This document shows positions 25,440 to 40,315 of a stretch of 64,000 nucleotides of DNA, piece by piece (within the stretch, counting starts at the first letter, position 1; each line of letters opens with the position of its first letter). Below the pieces are notes generated by a model, which was given only the letters and a program-made list of their open reading frames with translations, was not told where the DNA came from and ran no database searches. The DNA is from Eledone cirrhosa. Its lineage: Eukaryota. Made by a program: the position numbers and the translations under genes. Where the stretch lies: contig CAXHJY010000081.1 of the NCBI GenBank assembly GCA_964016885.1, positions 1 to 64,000 of the forward strand, in the 5' to 3' direction.

Positions 25440-26645
25440 TCCCCTCACTATACATCACCCCCTCCCCCTTTCTATTTCCCTGAGATTTCTTTATCTCCTA
25501 TATTCACCCCCTCTCTCTCACATATACCCTTCTATCTCTCTTCCTCCCCCTCACACTTTCACCTCTTTCTTTCGCTCTTCCTCCCCCTCACACTTTCACC
25601 CCCTCACACTTTCACCCCCTCACACTTTCACCCCCTTCTTTCTATCTCTCCTCCCCCTCACACTTCCCTCCTTCTATCTCTCTTCCTCCCCCTCACACTT
25701 TCACCCCCTTCTATCTCTCTTCCCCCTCACACTTTCACCCCTTCTATCTCTCCTCCTCCTCACATTTTCACCCCTTCTATCTCTCCTCCTCCTCACACTT
25801 TCACCCCTTCTATCTCTCCTCCTCACACTTTCACCCCTTCTATCTCTCTTCCTCCCCCTCACACTTTCACCCCCTTCTATCCCCCCTCACACTTTCACCC
25901 CTTCTAACTCTCCTCCTCGTCACACTTTCACCCCCTCCTATCTCTCTTCCCCCTCACACTTCCCTCCTTCTATCTCCCCCCCCCCTCAGTTTCACCCCTT
26001 CTATCTCTCCTCCTCACACTTCACCCTCCCTCCCCATCACATATATCCACCTCCTTTATCTCTTCTCTCTACCCACTACTACTACTACCTCCTCATATTT
26101 CTACCTCCTCCTGCAGCTCCCACTCCTACCCTTACCTCTTCTATCTCCTCTTATCCTCCTACTCCCAACACTACCTTCACCACCACCACCACCACCACTA
26201 CTACTATTACCACTATTACTATTACTACTACTACTACTACCATTACCACTACTACTACTATTACCACTACTACTATTACTACTACCACCACTACCACTAC
26301 TACTATTACCACTACTACTACTACTACTACTACTAACTACTACTATTACTACTACTACTACTACTATTACCACCACTACTACTACCAACACTACTTCTAC
26401 TGTGACCACTACCACCACTACTACTACTACTACTATTACTACTACTACTACTATTATCACTACTACTACTACTACTACCACCAGTACTACTACTATTACC
26501 ACTACCACTACTACCACCACTACCACCACCACCACCACCACCACCACTACTACTACTATTACCACTATTACTACTACTACTACTACCACTACCACCACCA
26601 CCACCATCACCACCACCACCATCACCACCACCACCACTACTACTA
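25440..26645. repeat. CT-rich minisatellite (cctcacactttcaccccttctatctct) followed by (ACT/ACC)n
   Basis: Direct inspection. Confidence 0.9.
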
Positions 26646-26912
26646 ACCCTACCCCACATTCCACGTCCCACTCCCAACTATCCAACCTACCTTATCTATC
26701 TACTCTCCCTTTTACCCCCGCACCCCCCCCCCACCTTCTACACTGGAGCTAAGTAAAAAGGTTAGGTACAGTTCAACACTGGGGAGGGAGGGGGAGGTAG
26801 GTCATGTGTGCTGCGTTTCTTAATTTATTTTTTATTTTATCTAAAACTCTTTCTCATGTTCCAAACACCAACTTATCTTAAACGAGAAAGTTTGGGATTT
26901 GAAAATCATATT

Positions 26913-29900
26913 CAGTGTCTGTCGTTAGAAATATGGTAACGAAAGGGTTAAAGTGTTTATTTATCTAAACATAGTTTAGATATTATAAGCAGTGCCTGTC
27001 GTTAGAAATATGGTAACGAAAGGGTTAAAGTGTTTATTTATCTAAACATAGTTTAGATATTATAAGCAGTGTCTGTCGTTAGAAATATGGTAACGAAAGG
27101 GTTAAAGTGTTTATTTATCTAAACATAGTTTAGATATTATAAGCAGTGCCTGTCGTTAGAAATATGGTAACGAAAGGGTTAAAGTGTTTATTTATCTAAA
27201 CATAGTATTGATATTATAAGCAGTGTCTGTCGTTAGAAATATGGTAACGAAAGGGTTAAAGTGTTTATTTATCTAAACATAGTTTTGATATTATAAGCAG
27301 TGCCTGTCGTTAGAAATATGGTAACGAAAGGGTTAAAGTGTTTATTTATCTAAACATAGTTTAGATATTATAAGCAGTGCCTGTCGTTAGAAATATGGTA
27401 ACGAAAGGGTTAAAGTGTTTATTTATCTAAACATAGTTTAGATATTATAAGCAGTGTCTGTCGTTAGAAATATGGTAACGAAAGGGTTAAAGTGTTTATT
27501 TATCTAAACATAGTTTAGATATTATAAGCAGTGCCTGTCGTTAGAAATATGGTAACGAAAGGGTTAAAGTGTTTATTTATCTAAACATAGTATTGATATT
27601 ATAAGCAGTGTCTGTCGTTAGAAATATGGTAACGAAAGGGTTAAAGTGTTTATTTATCTAAACATAGTTTTGATATTATAAGCAGTGTCTGTCGTTAGAA
27701 ATATGGTAACGAAAGGGTTAAAGTGTTTATTTATCTAAACATAGTTTTGATATTATAAGCAGTGCATGTCGTTAGAAATATGGTAACGAAAGGGTTAAAG
27801 TGTTTATTTATATAAACATAGTTTTGATATTATAAGCAGTGTCTGTCGTTAGAAATATGGTAACGAAAGGGTTAAAGTGTTTATTTATCTAAACATAGTT
27901 TTGATATTATAAGCAGTGTCTGTCGTTAGAAATATGGTAACGAAAGGGTTAAAGTGTTTATTTATCTAAACATAGTTTTGATATTATAAGCAGTGCATGT
28001 CGTTAGAAATATGGTAACGAAAGGGTTAAAGTGTTTATTTATATAAACATAGTTTTGATATTATAAGCAGTGTCTGTCGTTAGAAATATGGTAACGAAAG
28101 GGTTAAAGTGTTTATTTATCTAAACATAGTTTTGATATTATAAGCAGTGTCTGTCGTTAGAAATATGGTAACGAAAGGGTTAAAGTGTTTATTTATCTAA
28201 ACATAGTTTTGATATTATAAGCAGTGCCTGTCGTTAGAAATATGGTAACGAAAGGGTTAAAGTGTTTATTTATCTAAACATAGTTTTGATATTATAAGCA
28301 GTGTCTGTCGTTAGAAATATGGTAACGAAAGAGTTAAAGTGTTTATTTATCTAAACATAGTTTTGATATTATAAGCAGTGTCTGTCGTTAGAAATATGGT
28401 AACGAAAGGGTTAAAGTGTTTATTTATCTAAACATAGTTTTGATATTATAAACAGTGTCTGTCGTTAGAAATATGGTAACGAAAGGGTTAAAGTGTTTAT
28501 TTATCTAAACATAGTTTTGATATTATAAGCAGTGCCTGTCGTTAGAAATATGGTAACGAAAGGGTTAAAGTGTTTATTTATATAAACATAGTTTTGATAT
28601 TATAAGCAGTGTCTGTCGTTAGAAATATGGTAACGAAAGGGTTAAAGTGTTTATTTATCTAAACATAGTTTTGATATTATAAGCAGTGTCTGTCGTTAGA
28701 AATATGGTAACGAAAGGGTTAAAGTGTTTATTTATCTAAACATAGTTTTGATATTATAAGCAGTGCCTGTCGTTAGAAATATGGTAACGAAAGGGTTAAA
28801 GTGTTTATTTATCTAAACATAGTTTTGATATTATAAGCAGTGCCTGTCGTTAGAAATATGGTAACGAAAGGGTTAAAGTGTTTTTTTATCTAAACATAGT
28901 TTTGATATTATAAGCAGTGTCTGTCGTTAGAAATATGGTAACGAAAGAGTTAAAGTGTTTATTTATCTAAACATAGTTTTGATATTATAAGCAGTGTCTG
29001 TCGTTAGAAATATGGTAACGAAAGGGTTAAAGTGTTTATTTATCTAAACATAGTTTTGATATTATAAGCAGTGCCTGTCGTTAGAAATATGGTAACGAAA
29101 GGGTTAAAGTGTTTATTTATATAAACATAGTTTTGATATTATAAGCAGTGTCTGTCGTTAGAAATATGGTAACGAAAGGGTTAAAGTGTTTATTTATCTA
29201 AACATAGTTTTGATATTATAAGCAGTGTCTGTCGTTAGAAATATGGTAACGAAAGGGTTAAAGTGTTTATTTATCTAAACATAGTTTTGATATTATAAGC
29301 AGTGCCTGTCGTTAGAAATATGGTAACGAAAGGGTTAAAGTGTTTATCTAAACATAGTTTTGATATTATAAGCAGTGCCTGTCGTTAGAAATATGGTAAC
29401 GAAAGGGTTAAAGTGTTTATTTATCTAAACATAGTTTTGATATTATAAGCAGTGCCTGTCGTTAGAAATATGGTAACGAAAGGGTTAAAGTGTTTATTTA
29501 TCTAAACATAGTTTTGATATTATAAGCAGTGTCTGTCGTTAGAAATATGGTAACGAAAGGGTTAAAGTGTTTATTTATCTAAACATAGTTTTGATATTAT
29601 AAACAGTGTCTGTCGTTAGAAATATGGTAACGAAAGGGTTAAAGTGTTTATTTATCTAAACATAGTTTTGATATTATAAGCAGTGCCTGTCGTTAGAAAT
29701 ATGGTAACGAAAGGGTTAAAGTGTTTATTTATATAAACATAGTTTTGATATTATAAGCAGTGTCTGTCGTTAGAAATATGGTAACGAAAGGGTTAAAGTG
29801 TTTATTTATCTAAACATAGTTTTGATATTATAAGCAGTGTCTGTCGTTAGAAATATGGTAACGAAAGGGTTAAAGTGTTTATTTATCTAAACATAGTTTT

Positions 29901-32480
29901 GATATTATAAGCAGTGCCTGTCGTTAGAAATATGGTAACGAAAGGGTTAAAGTGTTTATTTATCTAAACATAGTTTTGATATTATAAGCAGTGCCTGTCG
30001 TTAGAAATATGGTAACGAAAGGGTTAAAGTGTTTTTTTATCTAAACATAGTTTTGATATTATAAGCAGTGTCTGTCGTTAGAAATATGGTAACGAAAGAG
30101 TTAAAGTGTTTATTTATCTAAACATAGTTTTGATATTATAAGCAGTGTCTGTCGTTAGAAATATGGTAACGAAAGGGTTAAAGTGTTTATTTATCTAAAC
30201 ATAGTTTTGATATTATAAGCAGTGCCTGTCGTTAGAAATATGGTAACGAAAGGGTTAAAGTGTTTATTTATCTAAACATAGTTTTGATATTATAAGCAGT
30301 GTCTGTCGTTAGAAATATGGTAACGAAAGGGTTAAAGTGTTTATTTATCTAAACATAGTTTTGATATTATAAGCAGTGTCTGTCGTTAGAAATATGGTAA
30401 CGAAAGGGTTAAAGTGTTTATTTATCTAAACATAGTTTTGATATTATAAGCAGTGCCTGTCGTTAGAAATATGGTAACGAAAGGGTTAAAGTGTTTATCT
30501 AAACATAGTTTTGATATTATAAGCAGTGCCTGTCGTTAGAAATATGGTAACGAAAGGGTTAAAGTGTTTATTTATCTAAACATAGTTTTGATATTATAAG
30601 CAGTGCCTGTCGTTAGAAATATGGTAACGAAAGGGTTAAAGTGTTTATTTATCTAAACATAGTTTTGATATTATAAGCAGTGTCTGTCGTTAGAAATATG
30701 GTAACGAAAGAGTTAAAGTTGTTATTTAACTAAACATAGTTTTGATATTATAAGCAGTGTCTGTCGTTAGAAATATGGTAACGAAAGAGTTAAAGTGTTT
30801 ATTTATCTAAACATAGTTTTGATATTATAAGCAGTGTCTGTCGTAGGAAATATGGTAACGAAAGGGTTAAAGTGTTTATTTATATAAACATAGTTTTGAT
30901 ATTATAAGCAGTGCCTGTCGTTAGAAATATGGTAACGAAAGGGTTAAAGTGTTTATTTATATAAACATAGTTTTGATATTATAAGCAGTGCCTGTCGTTA
31001 GAAATATGGTAACGAAAGGGTTAAAGTGTTTATTTATCTAAACATAGTTTTGATATTATAAGCAGTGTCTGTCGTTAGAAATATGGTAACGAAAGGGTTA
31101 AAGTGTTTATTTATCTAAACATAGTTTTGATATTATATTCAGTGTCTGTCGTTAGAAATATGGTAACGAAAGGGTTAAAGTGTTTATTTATCTAAACATA
31201 GTTTAGATATTATAAGCAGTGCCTGTCGTTAGAAATATGGTAACGAAAGGGTTAAAGTGTTTATTTATCTAAACATAGTTTTGATATTATAAGCAGTGTC
31301 TGTCGTTAGAAATATGGTAACGAAAGGGTTAAAGTGTTTATTTATCTAAACATAGTTTTGATATTATATTCAGTGTCTGTCGTTAGAAATATGGTAACGA
31401 AAGGGTTAAAGTGTTTATTTATCTAAACATAGTTTTGATATTATAAGCAGTGCCTGTCGTTAGAAATATGGTAACGAAAGGGTTAAAGTGTTTATTTATC
31501 TAAACATAGTTTTGATATTATAAGCAGTGTCTGTCGTTAGAAATATGGTAACGAAAGAGTTAAAGTGTTTATTTATCTAAACATAGTTTTGATATTATAA
31601 GCAGTGTCTGTCGTTAGAAATATGGTAACGAAAGGGTTAAAGTGTTTATTTATCTAAACATAGTTTTGATATTATAAGCAGTGCCTGTCGTTAGAAATAT
31701 GGTAACGAAAGGGTTAAAGTGTTTATTTATCTAAACATAGTTTTGATATTATAAGCAGTGTCTGTCGTTAGAAATATGGTAACGAAAGGGTTAAAGTGTT
31801 TATTTATCTAAACATAGTTTTGATATTATAAGCAGTGCCTGTCGTTAGAAATATGGTAACGAAAGGGTTAAAGTGTTTATTTATCTAAACATAGTTTTGA
31901 TATTATAAGCAGTGCCTGTCGTTAGAAATATGGTAACGAAAGGGTTAAAGTGTTTATTTATCTAAACATAGTTTTGATATTATAAGCAGTGTCTGTCGTT
32001 AGAAATATGGTAACGAAAGGGTTAAAGTGTTTATTTATCTAAACATAGTTTTGATATTATAAGCAGTGTCTGTCGTTAGAAATATGGTAACGAAAGAGTT
32101 AAAGTGTTTATTTATCTAAACATAGTTTTGATATTATAAGCAGTGTCTGTCGTTAGAAATATGGTAACAAAAGGGTTAAAGTGTTTATATTTATCTAAAA
32201 ATTGTCTTAATATTATAAGCAGTGTCTGTCATTAGAAATATGGCAACGAAAGAGTTAAAGTGTTTATATTTATTTAAGTATCATAGACAATGCGTAAAGG
32301 GTTAAAGTGTTTATATTCATCTAAAAAATATTTGTAAACCATAGGCAGTGTCTTTCATTAGAAATATGGTAATTAAGTGGTTCAAGTGTTTATATTTGTC
32401 TAAAAATTATTTAAAAATTCTTGGCAGTGTTTTTCATTAGAAGCATATTAACGAAAGGGTTAAAGTGTTTATATTTATCT
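26913..32480 (+). repeat. 77-bp satellite, about 70 units, homogeneous core with a degenerate right edge
   Basis: gaaagggttaa at 26941, 27018, 27095 and onward. The unit contains a MITE-like terminus GGTAACGAAAGGG-TTAA. Confidence 0.95.
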
Positions 32481-32824
32481 AAATGCTTTCAATCATACTT
32501 TTAAGTAAAACCTCTATGTTATGTTCCAAAGAAACAATCTTAATAACAAGTAAGTTAGTTATATTACTAAACCCCTCGAAATTCTTGATTATTTTCAAAG
32601 TTATTTATTTAAAAACTTTCCATTGTAATTTTATGTTAAACCTTTATTATGCTCCAAACAGCTAAACGATGAGGAAATTATATTACTAAATCCCTTTTAA
32701 ATTCTTGATTATTTTCAAAATGATTTGAAAATCATAGACATTGTATTTCATGAGAAATGTACTAACGAAAGTGGAAAGAGTTAGAACATTTGTTAAGTTA
32801 TGTTCCAAACATCAACTTGTGTTG

Positions 32825-33040
32825 TGATGCGTCTGTCGTCTGATATTTTCTGGCCATGTCACTCGCCACGATGAACCCGCTGGAAGATAGCTTCTCTCGA
32901 CTCTGGGCGCAAAGAGACGAGTTGGTCGGCAGTATATCTCCTTGGAATCATTCATCAAGATGGACAGGGGCCTACAAGGAGCAGCGTTGTGTGCTACAAT
33001 GGTCAACCAGGGACTCTGGAGCTTGAACTTCGTCAATGGC
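32825..33040 (+). mobile_element. Decayed RTE LINE 3' end
   Basis: RLIFSGHVTRHDEPAGR*LL..KRRVGRQ..MDRGL..ATMVNQGLW. Confidence 0.6.
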
Positions 33041-33214
33041 TCACCACTGGTTTAAGTCATAGAGTGACTCAAGTAGTTATATTACTAGACCCTTCCAAGT
33101 TTTTGATTATTTTAAAATTCACATGAAAATCATAGGCAACGTCTTTCATTAGAAATGTGGTAATGAAGGGGTTAAAATATTTATGATTATCTAAAAACCT
33201 TCGATTATCAATGT

Positions 33215-33398
33215 ATTGGCAGTATCGGTAGAGCGTCGGACGCCATGCTTTCTAACATAGAGTTACGTTCCGTTACGGTCTGAGTTCGAATCCCGCCGGG
33301 GTTAACTTTGCCTTTCATCCTTACGGGGTCGATAAAATAAAGTACCAGTAATGTACTGCGGTAAGTGCTGGCCTTGTGCCAATAGTAGAAACAATTAT
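33215..33398 (+). mobile_element. S1 SINE
   Basis: A and B boxes, core and tail. Confidence 0.85.
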
Positions 33399-33553
33399 AT
33401 ATTTATGTAAAAACCTGATGAGTTGAGTAAGTGATACAGTGTGTCATACACCGTTAGGTTGTATTATATATATTTTTTTAAATGTCTGGTAATATAGTTT
33501 ATGTTGTGTCTCAGGATATTTAAATGTATACTCACATATGTAGATATGTATGA

Positions 33554-33613
<60 letters not shown>

Positions 33614-33618
33614 TGTAC

Positions 33619-33650
<32 letters not shown>

Positions 33651-33697
33651 CTACAGTGTGCGCGTGTATATATATATATATTTATTTATTGTGTGTC

Positions 33698-33752
<55 letters not shown>

Positions 33753-33822
33753 GTGTGTGTATACTTATGTGTGTGTCAATATATGTGCGTGTGTATATAT
33801 ATATATTTATTTATTGTTTGTC

Positions 33823-33865
<43 letters not shown>

Positions 33866-34244
33866 GTATGTGTGTGTATACTTATGTGTGTGTCAATATA
33901 TGCGCCTGTGTATATATACTTACGTATGCATGTCTCTGAATACACATAAACACACACACACACATACATATATACACGCGCACATACATATATATATATA
34001 CACGCACATACACACACATATATATATACATATACACACACACATACATATATACACACACACACATACATATATACACACACACACACACATATGCAGT
34101 ATATATATAATTTATTTATTCAGCCGCAAGGAGGGAGGGGCCAACACAACATGAGCTTTACCGGGTTTCCCCTTCCTTTCTCTCTCCCTCTCCCTTCCAC
34201 ACAGACACACAGGACTGCAACCACAACAACTAACACTCTATTAA

Positions 34245-35530
34245 CACCACCGCATTCACCCCACCACCATCATCACCCTCACCCCACCACCATCATCACC
34301 CCCACCCCACCACCACCATCATCACCCCCGCCCCCACCACCATCAGCCCCACCACCACCATCAGCCCCACCACCACCATCATCCCACCACCATCATCACC
34401 CCCACCCCACCACCATCATCACCCCCACACCACCACCATCATCACCCCGCCCCACCACCACCATCAGCCCACCCCACCACCATCAGCCCCACCACCACCA
34501 TCAGCCCACCACCACCATCAGCCCCACCACCATCATCCCCACCACCACCACCATCATCCCCACCACCACCACCATCATCCCACCAGCACCATCAGCCCAC
34601 CCCAACCATCACCCCACCACCATCATCACCCCCACCCCATCACTACCATCAGCCCCACCACCACCATCAGCCCCACCACCATCATCACCCCCACCCCACC
34701 ACTACCATCAGCCCACCACCACCATCAGCCCCACCACCACCATCAGCCCCACCACCACCATCAGCCCCACCACCATCAGCCCACCACCACCATCAGCCCC
34801 ACCACCATCAGCCCCACCACCACCATCATCCCCACCACCACCACCATCATCCCACCACCACCATCAGCCCCACCACCACCATCAGCCCCACCAGCCCACC
34901 CCAACCATCACCCCACCACCATCATCACCCCCACCCCATCACTACCATCAGCCCACCACCACCATCAGCCCCACCACCACCATCAGCCCCACCAGCACCA
35001 TCAGCCCACCCCAACCATCACCCCACCACCATCATCACCCCCACCCCATCACTACTATCAGCCCACCACCACCATCAGCCCCACCACCATCAGCCCCACC
35101 ACCACCATCATCCCCACCACCACCACCATCATCCCACCACCACCATCAGCCCCACCACCACCATCAGCCCCACCATCCCACCCCAACCATCACCCCACCA
35201 CCATCATCACCCCCACCCCATCACTACCATCAGCCCACCACCACCATCAGCCCCACCACCACCATCAGCCCCACCACCACCATCAGCCCACCCCAACCAT
35301 CACCCCACCACCATCATCACCCCCACCCCATCACTACCATCAGCCCACCACCACCATCAGCCCATCACCACCATCAGCCCCACCACCATCAGCCCCACCA
35401 CCACCATCATCCCCACCATCATCCCCACCACCACCATCCCACCACCACCATCAGCCCCACCACCACCATCAGCCCACCAGCACCATCAGCCCACCACCAC
35501 CATCAGCCCCACCACCACCATCAGCCCCAC
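34245..35530. repeat. Cryptic (CAC/CAT/CCC) minisatellite
   Basis: Repeating caccaccatcagccc. Open in several frames with low-complexity products. Confidence 0.9.
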
Positions 35531-35994
35531 CTCATCAGCTTCAATGCTTTGCAACCCACCCATTATCCACCCGTTATCCACCCCAAATTGGCACTCTACA
35601 CTCCAAACTGAAAACCACCGTCACACCTTGAAAACAAAACCCCTCCCCCCTCAGCTTTTTGGGTGGAGGGAGGGCGGAGGGCGCAGGTTGGTCTGATTAG
35701 TTTTTTTTTGTTTTTTTTTTTTGTTTTTTGTCGGATTGTTTTCGAGGGGGGGGGGGCTTTTTCAGATTTTTTCTTTTCTGATTTTTTTTCTGGTGTTTTA
35801 TTTTTTGTTTTTTTTTTGTTTTGTTCTCCCCCCTCACACCTCACTTCTGCCCCACCCCACTCCTCCCCCACCCCCACTCCCACGGATTATTTTTATGCTT
35901 TTCTCTTTATTTCAAATTTATTTTTTACTGTAATTTTTGAAAAAATATATTTATAATTATCCTTGCTTGTCTTCACTTCTTCCCACCATTCCTC

Positions 35995-37920
35995 TCTCGC
36001 CTATCCTCCCACAACTCCCTCCCCTCTTCATCCCACAACTCCCTCCCCTCTTCATCCCACAACTCTCTCCCCTCTTCATCCCACAACTCCCTCCCCTCTT
36101 CATCCCACAACTCCCTCCCCTCTTCATCCCACAACTCCCTCCCCTCTTCATCCCACGACTCCCTCCCCTCTTCATCCCACGACTCCCTCCCCTCTTCATC
36201 CCACAACTCTCTCCCCTCTTCATCCCACAACTCCCTCCCCTCTTCATCACACAACTCCCTCCCCTCTTCATCACACAACTCCCTCCCCCTTTCATCCCAC
36301 AACTCCACTAACTCCCACCATTCACCTAACTCTTATCACTCCCCTTATTCCCACCACTCCTCTTCATCCCACCATCACCCTAAACCGCCCCTCCCACCAC
36401 TCCCTTCATCCCACCAACTCCCACACTCCATAACTCCCACCCCACTCCACCATCCCACCACTCCACCAACTCCCACACTCCATAACTCCCACCAGACTCC
36501 ACCATCCCACCACTCCACCAACTCCCACACTCCATAACTCCCACCACACTCCACCATCCCACCAACTCCCACACTCCATAACTCCCACCACACTCCACCA
36601 TCCCACCACTCCACCAACTCCCACACTCCATAACTCCCACCACACTCCACCATCCCACCAACTCCCACACTCCATAACTCCTAGCACACTCCCACACTCC
36701 ATAACTCCCACCACACTCCACCATCCCACCACTCCACCAACTCCCACACTCCATAACTCCCACCCCACTCCACCATCCCACCACTCCACCAACTCCCACA
36801 CTCCATAACTCCCACCAGACTCCACCATCCCACCACTCCACCAACTCCCACACTCCATAACTCCCACCACACTCCACCATCCCACCAACTCCCACACTCC
36901 ATAACTCCCACCACACTCCACCATCCCACCACTCCACCAACTCCCACACTCCATAACTCCCACCACACTCCACCATCCCACCAACTCCCACACTCCATAA
37001 CTCCTAGCACACTCCCACACTCCATAACTCCCACCAGACTCCACCATCCCACCACTCCCCCATCCCACCACTCCACCAACTCCCACACTCCATAACTCCC
37101 ACCACACTCCATAACTCCCACCACACTCCATAACTCCCACCACACTCCACCATCCCACCACTCCACCAACTCCCACACTCCATAACTCCCACCAGACTCC
37201 ACCATCCCACCACTCCCCCATCCCACCACTCCACCAACTCCCACACTCCATAACTCCCACCACACTCCATAACTCCCACCACACTCCATAACTCCCACCA
37301 CACTCCACCATCCCACCACTCCACCAACTCCCACACTCCATAACTCCCACCACACTCCACCATCCCACCAACTCCCACACTCCATAACTCCTAGCACACT
37401 CCCACACTCCATAACTCCCACCACACTCCACCATCCCACCACTCCACCAACTCCCACACTCCATAACTCCCACCACACTCCACCATCCCACCAACTTCCA
37501 CACTCCATAACTCCCAGCACACTCCACCACTCCACCAACTCCCACACTCCACCATCCCACCACTCCACCAACTCCCACACTCCATAACTCCCACCACTCC
37601 ATAACTCTCACCACTCCACCAACTCCCACACTCCATAACTCCCAGCACACTCCACCACTCCACCAACTCCCACACTCCATAACTCCCAGCACACTCCACC
37701 ACTCCACCAACTCCCACACTCCATAACTCCCACCACACTCCACCATCCCACCACTCCACAAACTCCCACCACTCCATAACTCTCACCACTCCACCAACTC
37801 CCACACTCCATAACTCCCACCACACTCCACCATCCCACCACTCCACAAACTCCCACACTCCATAACTCCCACCACACTCCTCCATCCCACCACGCCACCA
37901 ACTCCCACCACTCCACCAAC
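35995..37920. repeat. C-rich minisatellites (24-bp tcccacaactccctcccctcttca, then ccaccaactcccacactccataactccc variants)
   Basis: Direct inspection. Confidence 0.9.
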
Positions 37921-38122
37921 TTTCACTACTTCCCTTACTCCGACCACTCCCTTCCCTCCTACCACATCTATCCCCTGTTCCTTTTCCTCCCTAATCCCTT
38001 TTTTAACCCCATTTTTCCGTTATCTCTTCCCTTTGTTAAATTTCAGTTTTTTTCTCTTTTTAGGGGTTTTATAAAATAAAACAATTATATTTTATTTTAT
38101 TTATTAACAAAAGGAGAGATAA

Positions 38123-39310
38123 TAATGGTGGCGGTGGTGGTGGAAGTGGTGGTGGTGGTGGTAGTGGTGGTGGTGGTGGTGGTGGTGGTGGTGGTAATAG
38201 TGGTGGTGGTGGTGGTAGTAATAGTGGTGGTGGTGGTGGTGGAGGTGGAGGTGGTGGTGGTGGTGGTAGTGGTAGTGGTGGTAGTGGTAGTGGTAGTAAT
38301 AGTGGTGGTGGTGGCGGTGGTGGTAGTAATAGTGGTGGTGGTGGTGGTGGTAGTGGTGGTGGTAGTAATAGTGGTGGTGGTGGTGGTGGTAGTAATAGTG
38401 GTGGTGGTGGTGGTAATAGTGGTGGTGGTGGTAGTGGTGGTAGTGGTAGTAATAGTAGTGGTGGTGGTGGTAATAGTGGTGGTGGCGGTGGTGGTGGTGG
38501 TGGTGGTGGTAGTGGTGGTAGTAATAGTGGTGGTGATGCTGATGATGATGGTGAAGGGACGGGGATAGAGAATTGAGGGGTGAAATGGAAGAGGTGGGGG
38601 AAAGGATGGCAAAGCTGTGTATGGGAGGGGAGGGGTAAATAGAAAGGTTCAGTAAAAGTGTGTGTGTGTGGGGGGGGGGGGGCATTAAGGGGTCGAATGA
38701 TGCTGAGGGAATGATGCGTATGTTTATAGAGGGAGGGAGAGGAGAATGTGTACATGTATGTGTGTGTGTGTATGCCAGAGTATATGTATGTGTGTGTGTG
38801 TGTATGCCAGAGTATATGTATGTGTGTGTGTATGCCAGAGTATATGTATGTGTGTGTGTATGCCAGAGTATATGTATGTTTGTGTATGCAAAGGTATAGG
38901 TATGTGTGTGTGTATGCCAGAATATATGTATGTGTGTGTATGCAAAGGTATAGGTGTGTGTGTGTGTATGCCAGAATATATGTATGTGTGTGTATGCAAA
39001 GGTATAGGTGTGTGTGTGTGTATGCCAGAATATATGTATGTGTGTGTATGCAAAGGTATAGGTGTGTGTGTGTGTATGCCAGAATATATGTATGTGTGTG
39101 TATGCAAAGGTATAGGTGTGTGTGTGTGTATGCAAAGGTATAGGTGTGTGTGTGTGTATGCCAGAGTATATGTATGTGTGTGTATGCCAGGGTATATGTA
39201 TGTGTGTGTGTGTATGCCAGAGTATATGTATGTATGTGTATGCAAAGGTATAGTTATGTGTGTGTGTGTATGCCAGAGTGTATGTATGTGTGTATGCAAC
39301 GGTATATGTG
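38123..39310. repeat. (GTG/GTA)n tract and a tgtgtatgccagagtata minisatellite
   Basis: Direct inspection. Confidence 0.9.
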
Positions 39311-39569
39311 TGTGTGTAAGTGGTTTGAGGGATATCTGGTTGCTATTTCTTGCAAGTAAAGGAACCACGTGAACGTTGCTTTAGCGTTAAAGTATTATAT
39401 ATATATATTTTTTCATATATATGAAAAGTTAGGGGCCCCAACGGCTGAGCTCCTGCCGTTTCAACAGCTAATTCCGGGTACTCTGGTGAGTAATGGTCTA
39501 ACAGGTTTTTACTTCATCCATTCTGATATATATATATATATATATATATATGTACGTTATTCCGGGTAG

Positions 39570-39787
39570 AATCGGAGGTAACCACAGTAAGTAAGGTACT
39601 CAATACATAGCAGAGTATAAAAGTTTTAATATAGATGAGATTCTACAGGACTAGAACTGTTTCATTCTTTAGAAATCATCAGGAATCATTCCTGATGATT
39701 TCATTCTTTAGAAATCATCAGGAATCATTCCTGATGATTTCTAAAGAATGAAACAGTTCTAGTCCTGTAGAATCTCATCTATATTAA

Positions 39788-39790
<3 letters not shown>
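39570..39790 (-). mobile_element. Family E fold-back element (HHRs at 39639-39687 minus and 39727-39773 plus)
   Basis: gattc-CTGATGA-tttctaaagaat-GAAA-cag ttctagtc ctg-TA-gaatc, with a 39-bp duplication at the junction. Confidence 0.8.
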
Positions 39791-39827
<37 letters not shown>

Positions 39828-39829
<2 letters not shown>

Positions 39830-40315
39830 CGAGTAAAATTCCTGAGATCCATGGACGAGTTCTCTCCAGCGGTCTCTGTCCCTCATTATCGCTGCCATGT
39901 TCTGCGTCTCCAACAGACCAGTGTCTGTCCTTAGGGCATCGACATACGTTAACCTTGGTCTTCCTCTTCCAGTGTGTCCATGTAGGGGCTCCCACAGGAG
40001 CACTGAGTGCAGTGTCAACTCTGGATGTCGGTGAGCATGTCCAGCTAACCTCAGTCTCCCTCTTCCAGTGTGTCCGTGCAGGAACACTGAGTGCAGTGTC
40101 AACTCTGGATGTCGGTGAGCATGTCCAGCTAATCTCAGTCTCCTGTGTCACTTTTGAGCTGACTTTTGGGAGGCTCCCGTACAGCTCTGAGTTCTTCATC
40201 CTCAGTGTATACTGATTAATGTTCAGAGCCATCCTCAGCCTTCTCGTGTAGCACCCATCCACCATCTGAGTGAGTTTCTTGGTCAGTGTCCAAGTCTCAG
40301 ACCCGTACAGCAGTA
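39828..40315 (-). mobile_element. RTE LINE 3' end, same family as 23577, with an internal duplication
   Basis: LLYGSETWTLTKKL..RLAGHAHRH..GRGRPRLTYVDALRTDTGL..MRDRDRWR, ending in (TA)n. Confidence 0.85.

Noticed and set aside
26913-32480. CRISPR-like regular array
   Set aside because: Units are identical end to end with no unique spacers, there are no cas genes, and the context is eukaryotic. The same applies to the 79-bp and 185-bp arrays.
34094-35611. 505-aa Pro/His/Thr-rich ORF (extensin- or mucin-like)
   Set aside because: It is a cryptic minisatellite. The peptide flips between P, H and T runs as units shift frame, so there is no frame conservation.
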